From the NCBI GenBank assembly GCA_024679065.1, contig JAGIQG010000040.1:5332001-5396000 (forward strand): a stretch of 64,000 nucleotides of DNA, given 5' to 3'. Made by a program: the position numbers and the translations under genes. Positions 41,381 through 54,261 of this stretch are shown piece after piece (position 1 is the first letter of the stretch; each line of letters begins with the position of its first letter). Below the pieces are notes generated by a model, which saw only the letters and a program-made list of their open reading frames with translations, did no database searches and was not told the DNA's origin. The stretch comes from Sphyrna mokarran (taxonomy: Eukaryota).

Positions 41381-42159
41381 CTTCCCTACAGGATATTAAT
41401 GAACCAAGTGGATTTTTCTGACAAAAGATAATGTTTTCCTTGTCACCAGTAGATTCTTAATTCCAGATTATTGAATACAAATTCCACCATCTGCCGAGAT
41501 GGAATTCGAACCCAGGTCCCTCCAATATTCGCTGACTTTCGCGTTTAAAAATTTTGCGATAATACAACCAGGACATCTCTTCCCCCTGCCACCGCCTCCC
41601 CCCCCCCCAAACCCCCCAGTCACATAACATCACTATAATGCAAGGTTAGCCAGTGAGTGGCACATCAATGTCTGTCGCATTGCTGAGGCCCAGAGCTTGG
41701 TCTGCCATCTGTGGCATGTCTAACTAAGCACTGAGACCTGACCTCGCTATCCAGCTATCTTTCTGAAATTCATTTAACGGACCTAATAGCTTAACTTGTA
41801 TTCCATATAATTCTTTGTATCGTTGCCCGCTTGCTACTTGTCAGATGCAATATAACGAAAAAATAATCGACATGAAACAGACTGAGAGTAGCTTCCAATC
41901 GTACTCATTTGGCACAACTGTCAACTGGCAGCCGCAGCTTCACAGTTTATTGGTAATGTACAGTATAAAGGGCACAGCCATAGACCATCTATTGGAGTGA
42001 AGTTGCAGATGTCATTTAGTAATGATGAACCATACTCAATAATTCGGAGGCAGGAGAATACACAAAGTTCACATGAGGAAGAGATCTTGAGAACCTTTAA
42101 GGAAACGTCAATTATTTAGGTTTCAACTAGATCCAAACTGACGTTTTTAAATGTCTTAC

Positions 42160-42218
42160 TGGATCACAAAGTGAACTTTTCCCCCGGCCGAAGACAAGTT
42201 TCGAAGATCTGGTGCTAG
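42160..42218 (-). pseudogene. TRDJ: Pseudo-J (STRSSKLVFGRG then frameshift)
   Basis: FGxG retained, 1-nt deletion downstream, degenerate heptamer CACATCT, GTAAG donor. Confidence 0.75.
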
Positions 42219-42773
42219 CACATCTGTATACAATGGAACTAAAAAATACTAAACGTAACCACATGAGCAGAAGTATGATTTATTTATACTATATTTCTCC
42301 TAAGTTTGAGTTTCAATTCAATTTCAGATTTTGTTGATTTCAATAGCCAGGTCAGGTTATATCCAGATGAAAATATAAATGCCTCCCTCCTCACTTCCCA
42401 CCCATTTGAACGTAACAGGTCAATACATTATTTACTTGCATCATGTAAAAAGAACTTTGAATGAACGAAGGTTCAGAAAATTAATCCACTTGCAGAACGT
42501 TTGACTTCAAATAGCCATTGGCCACCACAATTCCCCACAATCTCTCCACACTATGGAAATGTTTTGTAGGCAGGAACGGAAAAATGCACACAATACATGG
42601 ACTAGTGCAGCAGGTTCAAGAAAGCAGTTCACCACTGACTTCCACATTTAGGGAAGGACTATGTAAGTGCTGGCTCAGACAGCCATGCCCATTTGCCAAA
42701 CAATGATAAAACGAGGTAACTTCAGTTACTCATACTGTAACTGGACCCAAAGTGAAAATTTAAAACAACTTAT

Positions 42774-42833
42774 TGGATTGCAAAGTGAATTTATTGCCTC
42801 AGCCAAAGATAAGTTTCAAAGCCCTGGTGCTAG
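42774..42833 (-). pseudogene. TRDJ: Pseudo-J (STRALKLIFG*GNKFTLQS), paralog of the 42160 segment
   Basis: Stop inside FGxG, donor GT changed to AT, heptamer lost; flank homologous to 42160-42360. Confidence 0.75.
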
Positions 42834-43214
42834 TACATGTTGCATAATGCAGCAAAAAGTACAAACATGTGAGCAGAAATATAAGATTTATTTATATTTT
42901 ATTTCTCTTGATTTGAGTTTTGAGTTCAATTTCAGATTCTGGTGACTTCAATAGCCAGGGAAGATTATCTCCTGAAAGAAATATATTCTCCCCATCCACC
43001 AATTTAAATTTAATTCCCACTCTTTGCCTGTTAGCTCCGTACGACAAATACGTCTGTCCATATTATAAATGGGAATTTCAATCAGAGCAAATATAGTTCA
43101 GATGTTCTGTAAATGCAAGGTTTCGCCATTGAACTTCTTGAGGATATACATGAAGTTCATTAGTGTGTTTTGTTCAAGTGCTAAAGGTTGGACTTTCTTT
43201 TGTGGGGATAACAG

Positions 43215-43820
43215 AATCATAGAGTCATAGAACCATAGAGGTTTACAGCATGAAAACAGGTCCTGCGGCCTAACTTGTTCATACAAACTTTTTTTAAACT
43301 TCTAAGCTAATCCCAATTGCCCGCATTTAGCCCATATTTTTATACACCCATCTTACCAAGGTGATTGTCAAATGCTTTCTAAACGATAAAATTGTGCTCG
43401 CCTCTACTACTACTTCTGGCAGCTTGTTACAGACATTCACCACCCACTGTGTGAAAAAAATGTCCCTCTGGACATTTTTGTATCTCTTCTATTATCACCT
43501 TAAACATATACACTCCAGTTTTAGACTCAATATCTTGTTACCTAGCTGATCTATGCCCTTTATTATTTTATCCTCCTCCATAAGATCATCACTCAGGCTT
43601 CCATGCTTCAGAGAAAAAAAGTCCCAGTCTATCCAGCCTCAAACAATCAAGTCCTGGTAGGATCGTAGTAAATCGTTTTTGTACTCTTTCTCGTTTAATA
43701 GTATCCATTCTATATTAGAGTGGCCATAATTCTACATAGTATTCCAAGTGTAGCCTTACCAATGTCTTGTGCAACTTCAACAAAACGTCCCAACTCCTGT
43801 ATGCAATATTCTAACCAATC
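43215..43820 (-). mobile_element. CR1-clade LINE 3' fragment
   Basis: Reverse complement of the element family at 32400-33375. Confidence 0.75.
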
Positions 43821-44426
43821 GTGGAAGATACTACACAAATTTGCCACTCCTGTGGCAGCAATGCTAGACGTTGTTTTCGACTGCTCGGTGATTTGACCAT
43901 AGATTGGGATTCAAATTGTAATGCCAAATGATCGCTAAAGAAAAAGAAATGCAACTGTTCCTCTCCTTGTGAAACCCATCTCCATTTCTCTCTTTTGCTT
44001 TATTTGCTTTTTCTCTACTTCAAAAAGTGCAAAACATAGCTAGCAGTTTGACTTTCCTTCTGTGCAGTTTTCATTAACTTCTGTACATTCCCTTGCCTTA
44101 TTAGTCCTCTTAAAATACATCATCTTACACGTTTTCAAGTTAAATTTCAATTTTCCACTGCTCTATCCATTTGACCATTCCTTCTATATCGATCTGTAAT
44201 GTAAGGCTTTCCTCCTCTCTATTTACCACACCACCAGTTTGTGCGTCACCTACGAATTTACTGATTATATCCTCTGAATCTCTATTGTTCTAATTACCAT
44301 CTAATGATGCATCTAACAGATTGTTTTTAATTTTAAGCATTACTTTTGCTTTTTGTCACCATTCGCCAGACATCGGTTCAGCAGAAATGACCATCGAAGG
44401 GTAAAGAGAAATCAGCTGGCACTTAT

Positions 44427-44491
44427 TTAGCACAACATTCAATTGGTTCCCGCAACCAAAGGTGAGTTTATAAGTACCATCATAGAATGAG
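44427..44491 (-). pseudogene. TRDJ: Pseudo-J SFYDGTYKLTFGCGNQLNVVL
   Basis: Open FGxG frame but donor ATAAGT, heptamer CATACTG and 11-bp spacer. Confidence 0.78.
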
Positions 44492-45103
44492 CATACTGAC
44501 TAGTTATCAGCAGAAAGCTACCAGTGCATCAGCTCATTCAGATTCCAACCCATATACACAACAAGGATTAGCAGTTTTATTAATGTGTGTGAGAGCCTCT
44601 ACAACTGCCATGGTCTGTGAATAGTAAACATTAACAATTATCTATCGCCAAGAGACCAACAATGCATCTTATAACGTTCTACAAATCTATGCACATCCAA
44701 GTCCAAATGGCCCCCAGCACCTAGTGGGATTTGGGCAGGATTGCTCTGCCTTCAGTGATAGCTATTTCTGAAACATGTCGCTAGACTTTTGCGAAACGCT
44801 GAGAGCGAAATTACACATCAAGCGTGGCTGAGCAGCATTCTGTCTCACACTCTCAATCTTTGGCAACGTCGTTTCCATACCTTCCTCGATCATCAAGTTC
44901 AAGGGTAGGGACTCAGATCTGGCGTTTCTGGCTCAGAGGCAGGGATTCGAGCTCACTGCACCACCAGACGCCCCAAGTTATGTATGGCTATTATATTACA
45001 TCTCCTCCCTTTAAGCTTGATTAAAAAAGAACACCACTTGGTGATATTTTTGATTGTCATTCTAATGTAAATAGATCATGATGGAAAATAGTTGAGGACT
45101 TAC

Positions 45104-45163
45104 TAGGTTCCACAGTGAGTTTGGTCCCTTTGCCAAAGATAAGCTTCTCAGTTCTGTCATAAG
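45104..45163 (-). CDS. TRDJ: J segment YDRTEKLIFGKGTKLTVEP; 12-RSS at 45164-45191
   Basis: FGxG motif, GTAAGT donor, CACAGTG-12-ACAAAATAT. Confidence 0.93.
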
Positions 45164-46741
45164 CACAGTGGTAACAGCTACTACAAAATATAGACCCAGC
45201 CATATGAACACAGGGCTAGCTGATATTCACTTTGAGTTAGCTTCTCTCCTGAACCAAATGTAACCGTTCCTTCCCTTTCCCTCATACTCAGTCCCACTGT
45301 TTTTTTGACTATTGCAGGGAACAATTTTTGGACAATAAATAGACTGTGTTTCACATTTTCCAACTTCACCAGTATTTTTCTGTGAACACCCAGGAGACAT
45401 AAATCCTAGGAAAATAGTTTGACATCAACATACGAATGTGCAAAGTGGAATTTTGAGTAAGACACTGGGCTATTCCAGCCCAAGCGTTATTCAATAAGAT
45501 CATGACTGATCTGATTCTAACCTCAACCCACATTCCTGCCTACTTCCGATAACCGTTTATCCCCTTAGAGAAAAAGTCTTCTTCATGTCTGTCTTTAAAG
45601 GATCGATTCTTTACTTTGAATTATAACGCCGGGTTCAAAACATCAAACTGTTATTGATAATCGTTGACCAACACTTCACTTTGAAGCCTTATTTCAAGCA
45701 TGCATCCAGCACTTTAACAAAGATCGGAGACCATAAGACGACGAGACAGAAGTAGGCCATTTGGCCCATTGGTCATTCAATGAGATCATGAATTATCTGA
45801 TGTGATAGTTCTAAATACTTCTTTCCTGTTGTGTCCTCATAACCCTCGATTGTCTTGTGGGTTAAAAATCTGAACACTCAACCTATACATTTCTCTGCGG
45901 TAAATGAGTCCACAGATTCACTGCTGGCTGAAAGAAGAAAATCTTCGTCATATAAATGGGCAACCCCATACTTTGGGATTATGGCACCTGGTCCTAGAGT
46001 CTCCCATAAGAAATAATAACGTCTCAGTATCTAACATTGTCATGTTCTCTAAGAATCCAATGAGCCTCAATAAGGTCACCTCTCATTATTCTAAACTCCA
46101 TTAAGTACAGGACCAACCTAATCAACCACTCCTAAAAAACATCTATAACTGGAATCAAAGTAGTGGCCTCCCTGAACTATTTTCAATGCCAGTATAGGTT
46201 TCCAGATGTGGTTTAAATAGTACTTTGTATAATTTTAGCAAGACTATTATTTTAATAAAGACAAACTTAAAAAATGAAACACATGGAGACAATTACTCAA
46301 ATCAATGGGTATTTGACTCAACCTGCTAAATAGACATTTTCTATCCTATTGGCAACCGAATTTCAGTTCGATGTCATGTCACTAATGCTTAATGTTTCAA
46401 CTGCTGTTAATGACGCGGCTTAATAAACAGTGAGCTGAACTCGATAATCAGCGCTTAATAACTTAATTGATTGGTGCAATGCCTCCTCCTTCATTCCAAG
46501 CACTGCCTTGGCTCTTCACCGGCCTTTCACCCGACACCAGAACGTACAAAGTGGGAGCCGGAGTAAGGCACTGGGCCGTTCCAGCCCAACTGGTATTCAG
46601 TGAGATCATGATTGATCTGATTGTAACCTCAACCCCACATTCCTGTCTATCCCTGATAACCGTTTACCCCTTGTTAATCAAGAATCTAACTTGTAGAAAT
46701 CTGTATCAAATGAGAGGAAATGAAAGTGGACTCGCACTTAC

Positions 46742-46804
46742 TTGGCACAACCTGCAGTTGGGTACCGCTGCCGAATATCAGTTTGTCAGTATCATCAATA
46801 TACA
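46742..46804 (-). CDS. TRDJ: J segment YIDDTDKLIFGSGTQLQVVP; 12-RSS at 46805-46832
   Basis: FGxG motif, GTAAGT donor, CACAGTG-12-GCAGAAAGT. Confidence 0.92.
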
Positions 46805-47309
46805 CACAGTGACTATTGCCCAAGCAGAAAGTTTCCCCTGGGCGGGCCACAGAGACTTCAGCTATTCCATATCATGGAAAGTACATGTTCACTTGGCATA
46901 ATTTTGTGACCTATCTGCCCTCAAAAAAGGTGTGATCGATTAAATAGCAAATTAGAAAGAGACAATTCTGGATAAACTGTGCACGTCTGGCAGCACGTGT
47001 GAAACAGAACTACTAATCCTGCTACCCTGGGAATCAGTCTGGTATTAGGAAATATTGTTTTCTTTTTTTAAAGAAGTTGGATTATTATTCTATGAAGCAT
47101 TGTGGTGTCAATAGTTGACTAGTAACCCTTGGTACGTCTGAGATACTTAGTTCTTTGAGGAACTTCTTTATTGCAAATGGAAAAGGACACATTCCTTCAT
47201 CACTGTATAATTCATCAGGTTCGTTTGATATAATGCCAAATTTGCTTCCACTTTTGCAATAAGGCCAAAACCTTCTGAGTGCAAAATAAATCTCAGATTC
47301 CTAGATCAT

Positions 47310-47610
47310 AGTGTGGGAGAGGCCATTCGGCCCATTGAGTCTGCACCAACAACAATCCCACCCCAGGTTCTATTCCCACAAATTTACCCCACTAATCCCT
47401 CCAACCTACACATTCCCTGACACTAATGGGCAATTCAGCATGACCAATCAACCTAGCCCGTGCATCTTTGGACTGCGGGAGAAACCAAATAATCTGGAGG
47501 AAACCCACGCAGACATGGGGAGAACATGCAAAGTCCACGCAGACAGTGACCCAAGCCGGGAATCGAACCTGGAGCTGTGAGGCGGTAATGCTAACCACTG
47601 TCCCAACGTG
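47310..47610 (-). mobile_element. HE1-like SINE
   Basis: Reverse complement of the family at 14765-15080. Confidence 0.75.
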
Positions 47611-48713
47611 ACATCCGTAATCGATGCCAATCTCAATGTACACATTAAAGCGAGGCAGCACATGTAGAGAATTCTATGGCTCCATTTCGAACGGAATTTT
47701 CAAACCCATACAAAAATGCTGCTTTTGGGATTTTGTTAAGAATTGGAACTAAAGAAAATCTACACCATTAAGCCTCAATCCATATTCCAACTCTCCCCAT
47801 CTTTATAAGTGTAACTTAGAACTGCGATTTTAATGCCAGAAGGCTGCATAGATTATTATAGTCCTGACTTTGGGTCTTATTGAATTAAGTAACACAAATA
47901 TGACTTTGCATTTCAGACAGCTTTCCTACTACTAGAATTCATACACAATAATGGATTCATTTGCACACTGAAGTGATATTCTTTGTTCATAGTCTAAGGC
48001 AAAGATTCATAAAGTCAGAGAAATCCACCGCACAGAAAAGATTCTTCAGTCTATTACGTCTCCGCTGCTCAAAGACAAATCAAATAACTATTCTAATCCC
48101 ATTTTCCAGCACTTAGCCCATTGCCGTGTCTGATATGACATCACAAATGTATATCTAAATACTTCTTAAATGTTGTGAGGCTCTCGGCCTCCATCATCAT
48201 CTCAGGCAGTGAGTTCCAGACGCCCATCATCCTTCGGGTCAAAATGTTTCCTTCACATCCTTTCTAGCCCCTACCTTAAATCTATGCCCCTGACTACTCC
48301 ATGCTCTCTCAAGTAAAGGGAAAAGTGCCTACCCGTCTTCTCTATCTATACTCCTCATGACGCTGAAGGGCTTTTTCCAGTTCTGTCTCCTTCAATGACC
48401 CTATGACTCTATGGAGGGTGAGTCTCTTCCAATGGTCTATCAAGATGTCACTTAATTGTACGACACATAGCCAGATTATTGACATGTCTCCCTGTTGGCA
48501 GCACAGTTGTATTGCCATGATAGAGGTCAGTTAAATTTTTGAAGGAAGCACTTCAGGAAATTTCAACGCCCAGTCAAGTTATACTTCCAATTCCGAAAGA
48601 TCCCCGCTCGTCCAGAAAACAACAGCGATCATTAAAATAAATGTACGTTTCAATTAAGTCACAAGGGGCAAAATAACATGATGAGAGATCATTATACAGT
48701 ACAGGTTACTTAC

Positions 48714-48773
48714 TCGGTTGCACAATCAGCCTGGTCCCGTTGCCAAAGATGAGCTTCTCCTTTTTATATGTTG
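48714..48773 (-). CDS. TRDJ: J segment (D-proximal) TYKKEKLIFGNGTRLIVQP; 12-RSS at 48774-48801
   Basis: FGxG motif, GTAAGT donor, CACACGG-12-ACAAGATCC (non-consensus but CAC kept). Confidence 0.9.
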
Positions 48774-48956
48774 CACACGGTTTGATCCCATAACAAGATC
48801 CATTGGGGTTCCGTTCACCACTCTTTCACTCTGTCGTGTCAGACCAGTAATAGGATAAACTCGGTTAGCATCACAGTGGGGATGGGGTTCAGTGGCGGGG
48901 AGTGGGCTGAGACGGGTGCTATTGAGAGAGATTGGTGCACTCCTGTGAGGCTGGGA

Positions 48957-49039
48957 GGTTTTTGTACGGGTGTTAAAGCAGGTTCAGCTACTGTGTCCCA
49001 GCTATATCCCACACAGTGATACATGCCAGCACAAAAACT
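48957..49039 (-). other. TRDD: TCR delta D segment (core 48996-49011, TGGGATATAGCTGGGA on minus) with 5' 12-RSS and 3' 23-RSS
   Basis: Plus strand: GGTTTTTGT-23-TACTGTG-core-CACAGTG-12-ACAAAAACT; frames WDIAG, GI*, GYSW. Confidence 0.95.
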
Positions 49040-52000
49040 CGTCTGCAGCTGTTGCCGCTGCTGCTACCAGATGCAAAACGTCATCTGCTAGAATAGAATC
49101 TCACTGATAAGTGCAGCTATCAATTCTACTCCTTTAAAATCCAAGTATAACTGTCATCTTATAACGAATATAGCAAGCGCTGGCAAAAAAAATCCGCTGA
49201 AAAACTTCGGGGTTAGATGACCAGCACGATGTTCTGAGGGTGAGATAAGTTTTCAGAAACATTGTTAAAGGACTAAAGGTAGGTAAACAGAATGGGTGGT
49301 GGGTGCAGCAGTGAATGGTTAACATAGAGAATTCTCCAGCTCAAGAACAAGGCTTTTGAAGGCACGCTCGCGGATTGAGGGGCCCAAAGGAAATACTTTC
49401 AAAAGGCCAAAACTGGAGCAACAACAGTCTGAAAGGCACATAGGTTAGACAAGATTACAAAGATGGTTAGAAGAGCAAGTATCGAGGGATTTGATGAGAA
49501 TGACGGGAATCCTAATGTTTACCCAGAAGCCAGTATGGTTTTGATTTTACTTAGTATGTCATGGAATGATTTTGTCACTGACATCCCCAATTGCCCTGGA
49601 GTGAATGGATTCAAACTACGAAGGGCCGTGATCGAAGCCCAGTCGGTCAATCAAACCAGCCTCCCATCCAATGAAACAGTCTACATTTCCCGCTGCCTCG
49701 AAAAAGCAGCAGGATAATCCAGGAACCCACACACCCCGGATTTATTCTCTTCCAATTTCTTTCGTCAGGAAAAAAATAGAAAAGTTTGAGGACACATACC
49801 AACAAACTCAAGGGCAGCTTCTTTCCTGTTACCATCAGACTTTTGAATGGACTTCCCTCGCACTAAATTGAACTTTCTTTATACCCTAGCTATGACTGTA
49901 ACCATACATTCTATACTGTCTTCTTTCCTTCTCTACGAACGGTATGTTTTGTCTGTATGTGATGCAAGAAACAATACTTTTCACTGTGTACTAATACATG
50001 TGACAATAATAAAGCAAATTAAATCAAATCAAATCGGATTGTTAAGTCATTCCAGAGGTCTGTCCATTACTGTCGATTTACAGTTAGACCACGGAAAGTT
50101 AGTGGATGACGTTAAAAGAAATAATTGAGCCAGATTCATAGCGAACGTTACTGAATATAAAATCTTCTCTTCCAAGTTTAAGACTTGAGTTGCGATTTAA
50201 ATAACTAGTCATAGTGAAATTTGAACCCACATGCAGACAGCCGTGCCTCAGGCTAATCGCTGAGAAGCAACCTGACCGTAACACTATGGTATCTCCTGTA
50301 TCAGCCAGACACGGAGGGAGTGAAGTTCTGGATATTATAGTTTGGACCAACTGAAGTTAATGCAGTGTGGAATGTGGGATATAAAACTTGAATAGTCGAA
50401 TCCAGGGGTAACAAAGACATGGTGGTATCTCAACACCTAAATGAAGTTGTATGATGGACAAAATAGAGGACTGCTAAGTTCTCTTTTTACACGTAATGTA
50501 TAAACCGATGCAAACTTCATTTTTGCCATTCCCTTCAAGATACAGGGAATGCAGAAATTCTAAATGCAAGATGTGCTATTTCCTGTCCCACTTTCCATTG
50601 AAGTTCCCTTCATCATAATTAAATGGAAACTTCCGATATAAAAGCATCACAGTAGAATTACACTTAACACTCGGCTGAGGAGCTACATAACCTACCAATA
50701 GAATTCACAATGACAGGGTCTGACTCCATGAATTTTTAACATCAGGCTACGACCAGAGAATACTTAAAGTATTACTTGACTGTGCAAAGGAATCCATTGC
50801 TATATATTCGAATGTTAGGGAACGTGCCTGAGATGCAAAGTCATGCTTATGTTACCTATTTCAAAGGAACCCAGAATCAAGACTGCGAAAATCTACAAAT
50901 TGTATGTTCACTTAAAGGCATTGCATTTTTCAGACCATTGGCTAAATTGTACATGACAGTCAAACTGAGCAATCCATATCGTTGTTAAAGGCTAACGGAA
51001 CGTTCTGAACTTCGTTCGTCCAACCTTCCAGCACAACGTTATATTTGTCTTTCTCTTACTCATGCAGTTATTGAAACGCCTCTTAAAGAAATGAGAGGGA
51101 AAGGGAGAAAACAGGGAATCAGTGTACAGGTTATTTTCTCTTCAATTTCACGTCAGCTGGCGTGAATTTCGTTCTTGAGACAGTCTTAATTAATCATGGT
51201 TCATCAGATTTTACGGGAAGCAATTCTCTTTGAGGAACACATTAATTCCTTTAGCTTTGCAAGTCGCAAAATAAATCAAGGGGATGTAGTCGATTTGAAT
51301 TTCCAAAAGTACATTCAATAATCAATAAAACAAACATGTTGTCAATAGGCAAGTCAAGTGATTGTAGAATTGGAGGCCAAATATTAGCATGACGAGGGTA
51401 ATGAGTAGAAAGCAGAGCATGAACATTTTTAACTCGTAATGGGATGTGGAAATCGCTGTCTAGGCTAACATGTATTGTCCATCACTTGCTGCTCCCTGCT
51501 CTCCCTTTTACCAGGATGCCTTTCAAGATCCTGTCAGGGGTATTTTTTGGAGTCCCATGTTGTCCACGCGATGGAAGGATGTCAGATATTCTTCTCTAAA
51601 ATACATATTTTTTAACGGAAATCAACAATGCTTTCATGGTCATCATTAAGCTTCTAATTCCAGATTTTTATTGAACTGAAATTTCACCATCTGCTTCCAT
51701 GTTGAGGTTTGAACCCAGGTCCCCAGAGCATAACCTGGGGTCCCAGGATTATTGAACCAGTAAAATTTACCGCTATGTGTCCGCTTCCTCTTGAATGGGA
51801 AATGTTAACATTGGTCATTGCTGCCAGTCAGTGTGCTTTAAAGCTCATGGCTAAGGCTATTTATGTTCTCCATCAGTGTGTTACACGAAAATGGAGGTGA
51901 TAATATAACTGGATTTATACATTTTACAAGGACAGATGGGAATATATAGAAGCTAAAAGGGATATACAGTGCTTTCTACTGTCCACCGCCAGGGAACAAT

Positions 52001-52779
52001 GCCTATGCAGTTGTTGAATGCATCTGAAAGGAAATCAATGTTTTTTAAGTGGATTCAGAGTTATAGAAACGTACAGCACCGTAAATTTATAGTCACTGAT
52101 CAATCACACTCATGTTAAATGGCGCAGATGCTTCAATGCGCAGAAAGGACGAGTATGGGTAGTAAGAAGTATGCTGCTGTAGATGCCCCACAACAGCTCC
52201 TTCTCGCCTACCTTTATCTCACACTTATATCATTCTAATCTTCTCTTGCCCTTCTGCACATCTTATGTACCCATGAATATATTAATGGAATTGGCCAAAA
52301 TTACGTTTTCTGAAAGAACGTTCCACGTTTTCAACACTCGTTGTGCAAGATAGTTTACCCTGAAACACTCTCTGGATTTATTACCTGTTGCCCATCACTT
52401 CAAATAACTGTCTTGCAAGGCTATTTCGGAGTCAATCACTTGCTGTTGATATTGAGTCATGAGCAGAGATAGTAGGTCTCCTTCCTGCAAGGGGGAAGGA
52501 GGTGGGTTTTGGTAGCAATCGAATTGGGTCACCATTAGATTAAATTTTCTGATATTTACACCCACAGTGCTGTTAGGGAGATAATTCCAGGATTTTCGCC
52601 CAGCGACAGATAAGAAACAGTGATATATTTAGAAGTTGGAATGGTGAATGATTTGGAGGGAACAAGTAACGATACTGTGCCTTAAAGAAATTAATTTCTA
52701 CCATGTTTCTTGTAAGAGGCATGTTTAAAATTCAGCTCCATCTTACGAAGGCCGACTTGTCTGTACAACAAACTAAGAT

Positions 52780-53825
52780 CAAACGACAGTACAGCACAGC
52801 AACCGACCCTTCAGCCCTCTGAGCCTGTGCCGATCATGTTATTCTATCTAAACCAAGGGCTTATATCATTCTATCCCCCGTTTCTTCATATGCCTATCAA
52901 GATATGTCTTAAATGTTATTAAATGACTGCCTCCACCACCTCACTTGGCAATGCATTCCAGACCCCCACCAGCCTCTGTGTAAGAAACTTCCTCCACGCA
53001 TCTCCACTGAACCTTTCACCCTTTAGCTTGAATTTGTGCGCTCTTGTAATGCCATTTTGCTCTGGGGGAAAAACTCCACTGTTCACCCTATCTATAGCTT
53101 TTATAATTTTATAAAGTTCTATCAACTCGCCCCTCAGCCCCCGTCTTTCCAGAGAAAACAATCCCAGTTTATTCAATCTCTCCTCATAGCTGATATCCTC
53201 CATACCAGGCAACATCTGGATGAACGTTTTTTGCACTGCCTCCAAAGCCTCCACGTCTTTCTGGTAGTGTGGTGACCAGAATTGGACATAGTACTCAAAA
53301 TGTGGTCTAATAAAAGTTTCATACAACTGTAACATAATTTGCCAACTTGTTTACTCAATGTCCCGTCCGATGAAGGCAAGCATGCCATATGTTTTCATTA
53401 CAGCCTTTTCCACTTGTGCTGCCACTTACAAGAATCTGTGGACCTCTACTCCCAAAGCTCTCTGTGTGTCTATGCTCCTGATAGTTCTGCGATTTGTTTT
53501 ATGGTTCCCACCTCAATTGGATCAACCAAAATGCATCACCTCGCATTTGTCCAGATTAAATTCCATCTGCCATTTCTCTATCCATTTTTCCAGCCTATCG
53601 ATATCCTGCGGTGTTCTCTGACAATCTTTATCACAACTGGACTAATCTTAGTGTCATCTGCAAGTTTGTTAATCAGAACAGGTACGTTTACTTCCAAGAC
53701 ATTTAGATATATGTTACGAACAGCGGACGTTCCAGCACTAATCATTTGGAACACCATTTGCCACAGATCTGTATTAAAAAAAAAGTCCCTCCATCGCCAT
53801 CCTCTTTCTTCTATGACCAAGCCAG
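52780..53825 (-). mobile_element. CR1-clade LINE RT/3' fragment
   Basis: ORF 52919-53335 (LYETFIRPHFEYYVQFWSP...GLFSLERR) and KLADDTKI motif. Confidence 0.88.
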
Positions 53826-54044
53826 AAGCTCAAATACTGCTAATGCGGGCAAATGATTCATTTCAGCTGTGTATATATTTGTTTTAATCTGAGCTGGTGG
53901 ATTTTTGTCTATTTTGTTTTTTCCCATGTTATTTCAGAATAGGATTTTGATTGGGTTGATTGACAGAGCCAGGGCCATGTGAATGGGCTTGTAAGGAAAA
54001 CAGACTTTCTTTTATTTTAAAATAGTCAATTTCTGTTTAGGGTT

Positions 54045-54200
54045 NNNNNNNNNNNNNNNNNNNNNNNNNNNNNNNNNNNNNNNNNNNNNNNNNNNNNNNN
54101 NNNNNNNNNNNNNNNNNNNNNNNNNNNNNNNNNNNNNNNNNNNNNNNNNNNNNNNNNNNNNNNNNNNNNNNNNNNNNNNNNNNNNNNNNNNNNNNNNNNN
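54045..54200. other. Assembly gap (156 N)
   Basis: Run of N between the VH and the D segment. Confidence 0.99.
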
Positions 54201-54219
54201 TGGGTCTGGCAGAAGGCAA

Positions 54220-54261
<42 letters not shown>

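Noticed and set aside
48872-48899. Perfect heptamer CACAGTG between J1 and D
   Set aside because: No nonamer at 12 or 23 bp and no J or D coding features.
48996-49011. D frame WDIAG resembles the EMC4 peptide WDIALG
   Set aside because: A four-residue coincidence with different codons.
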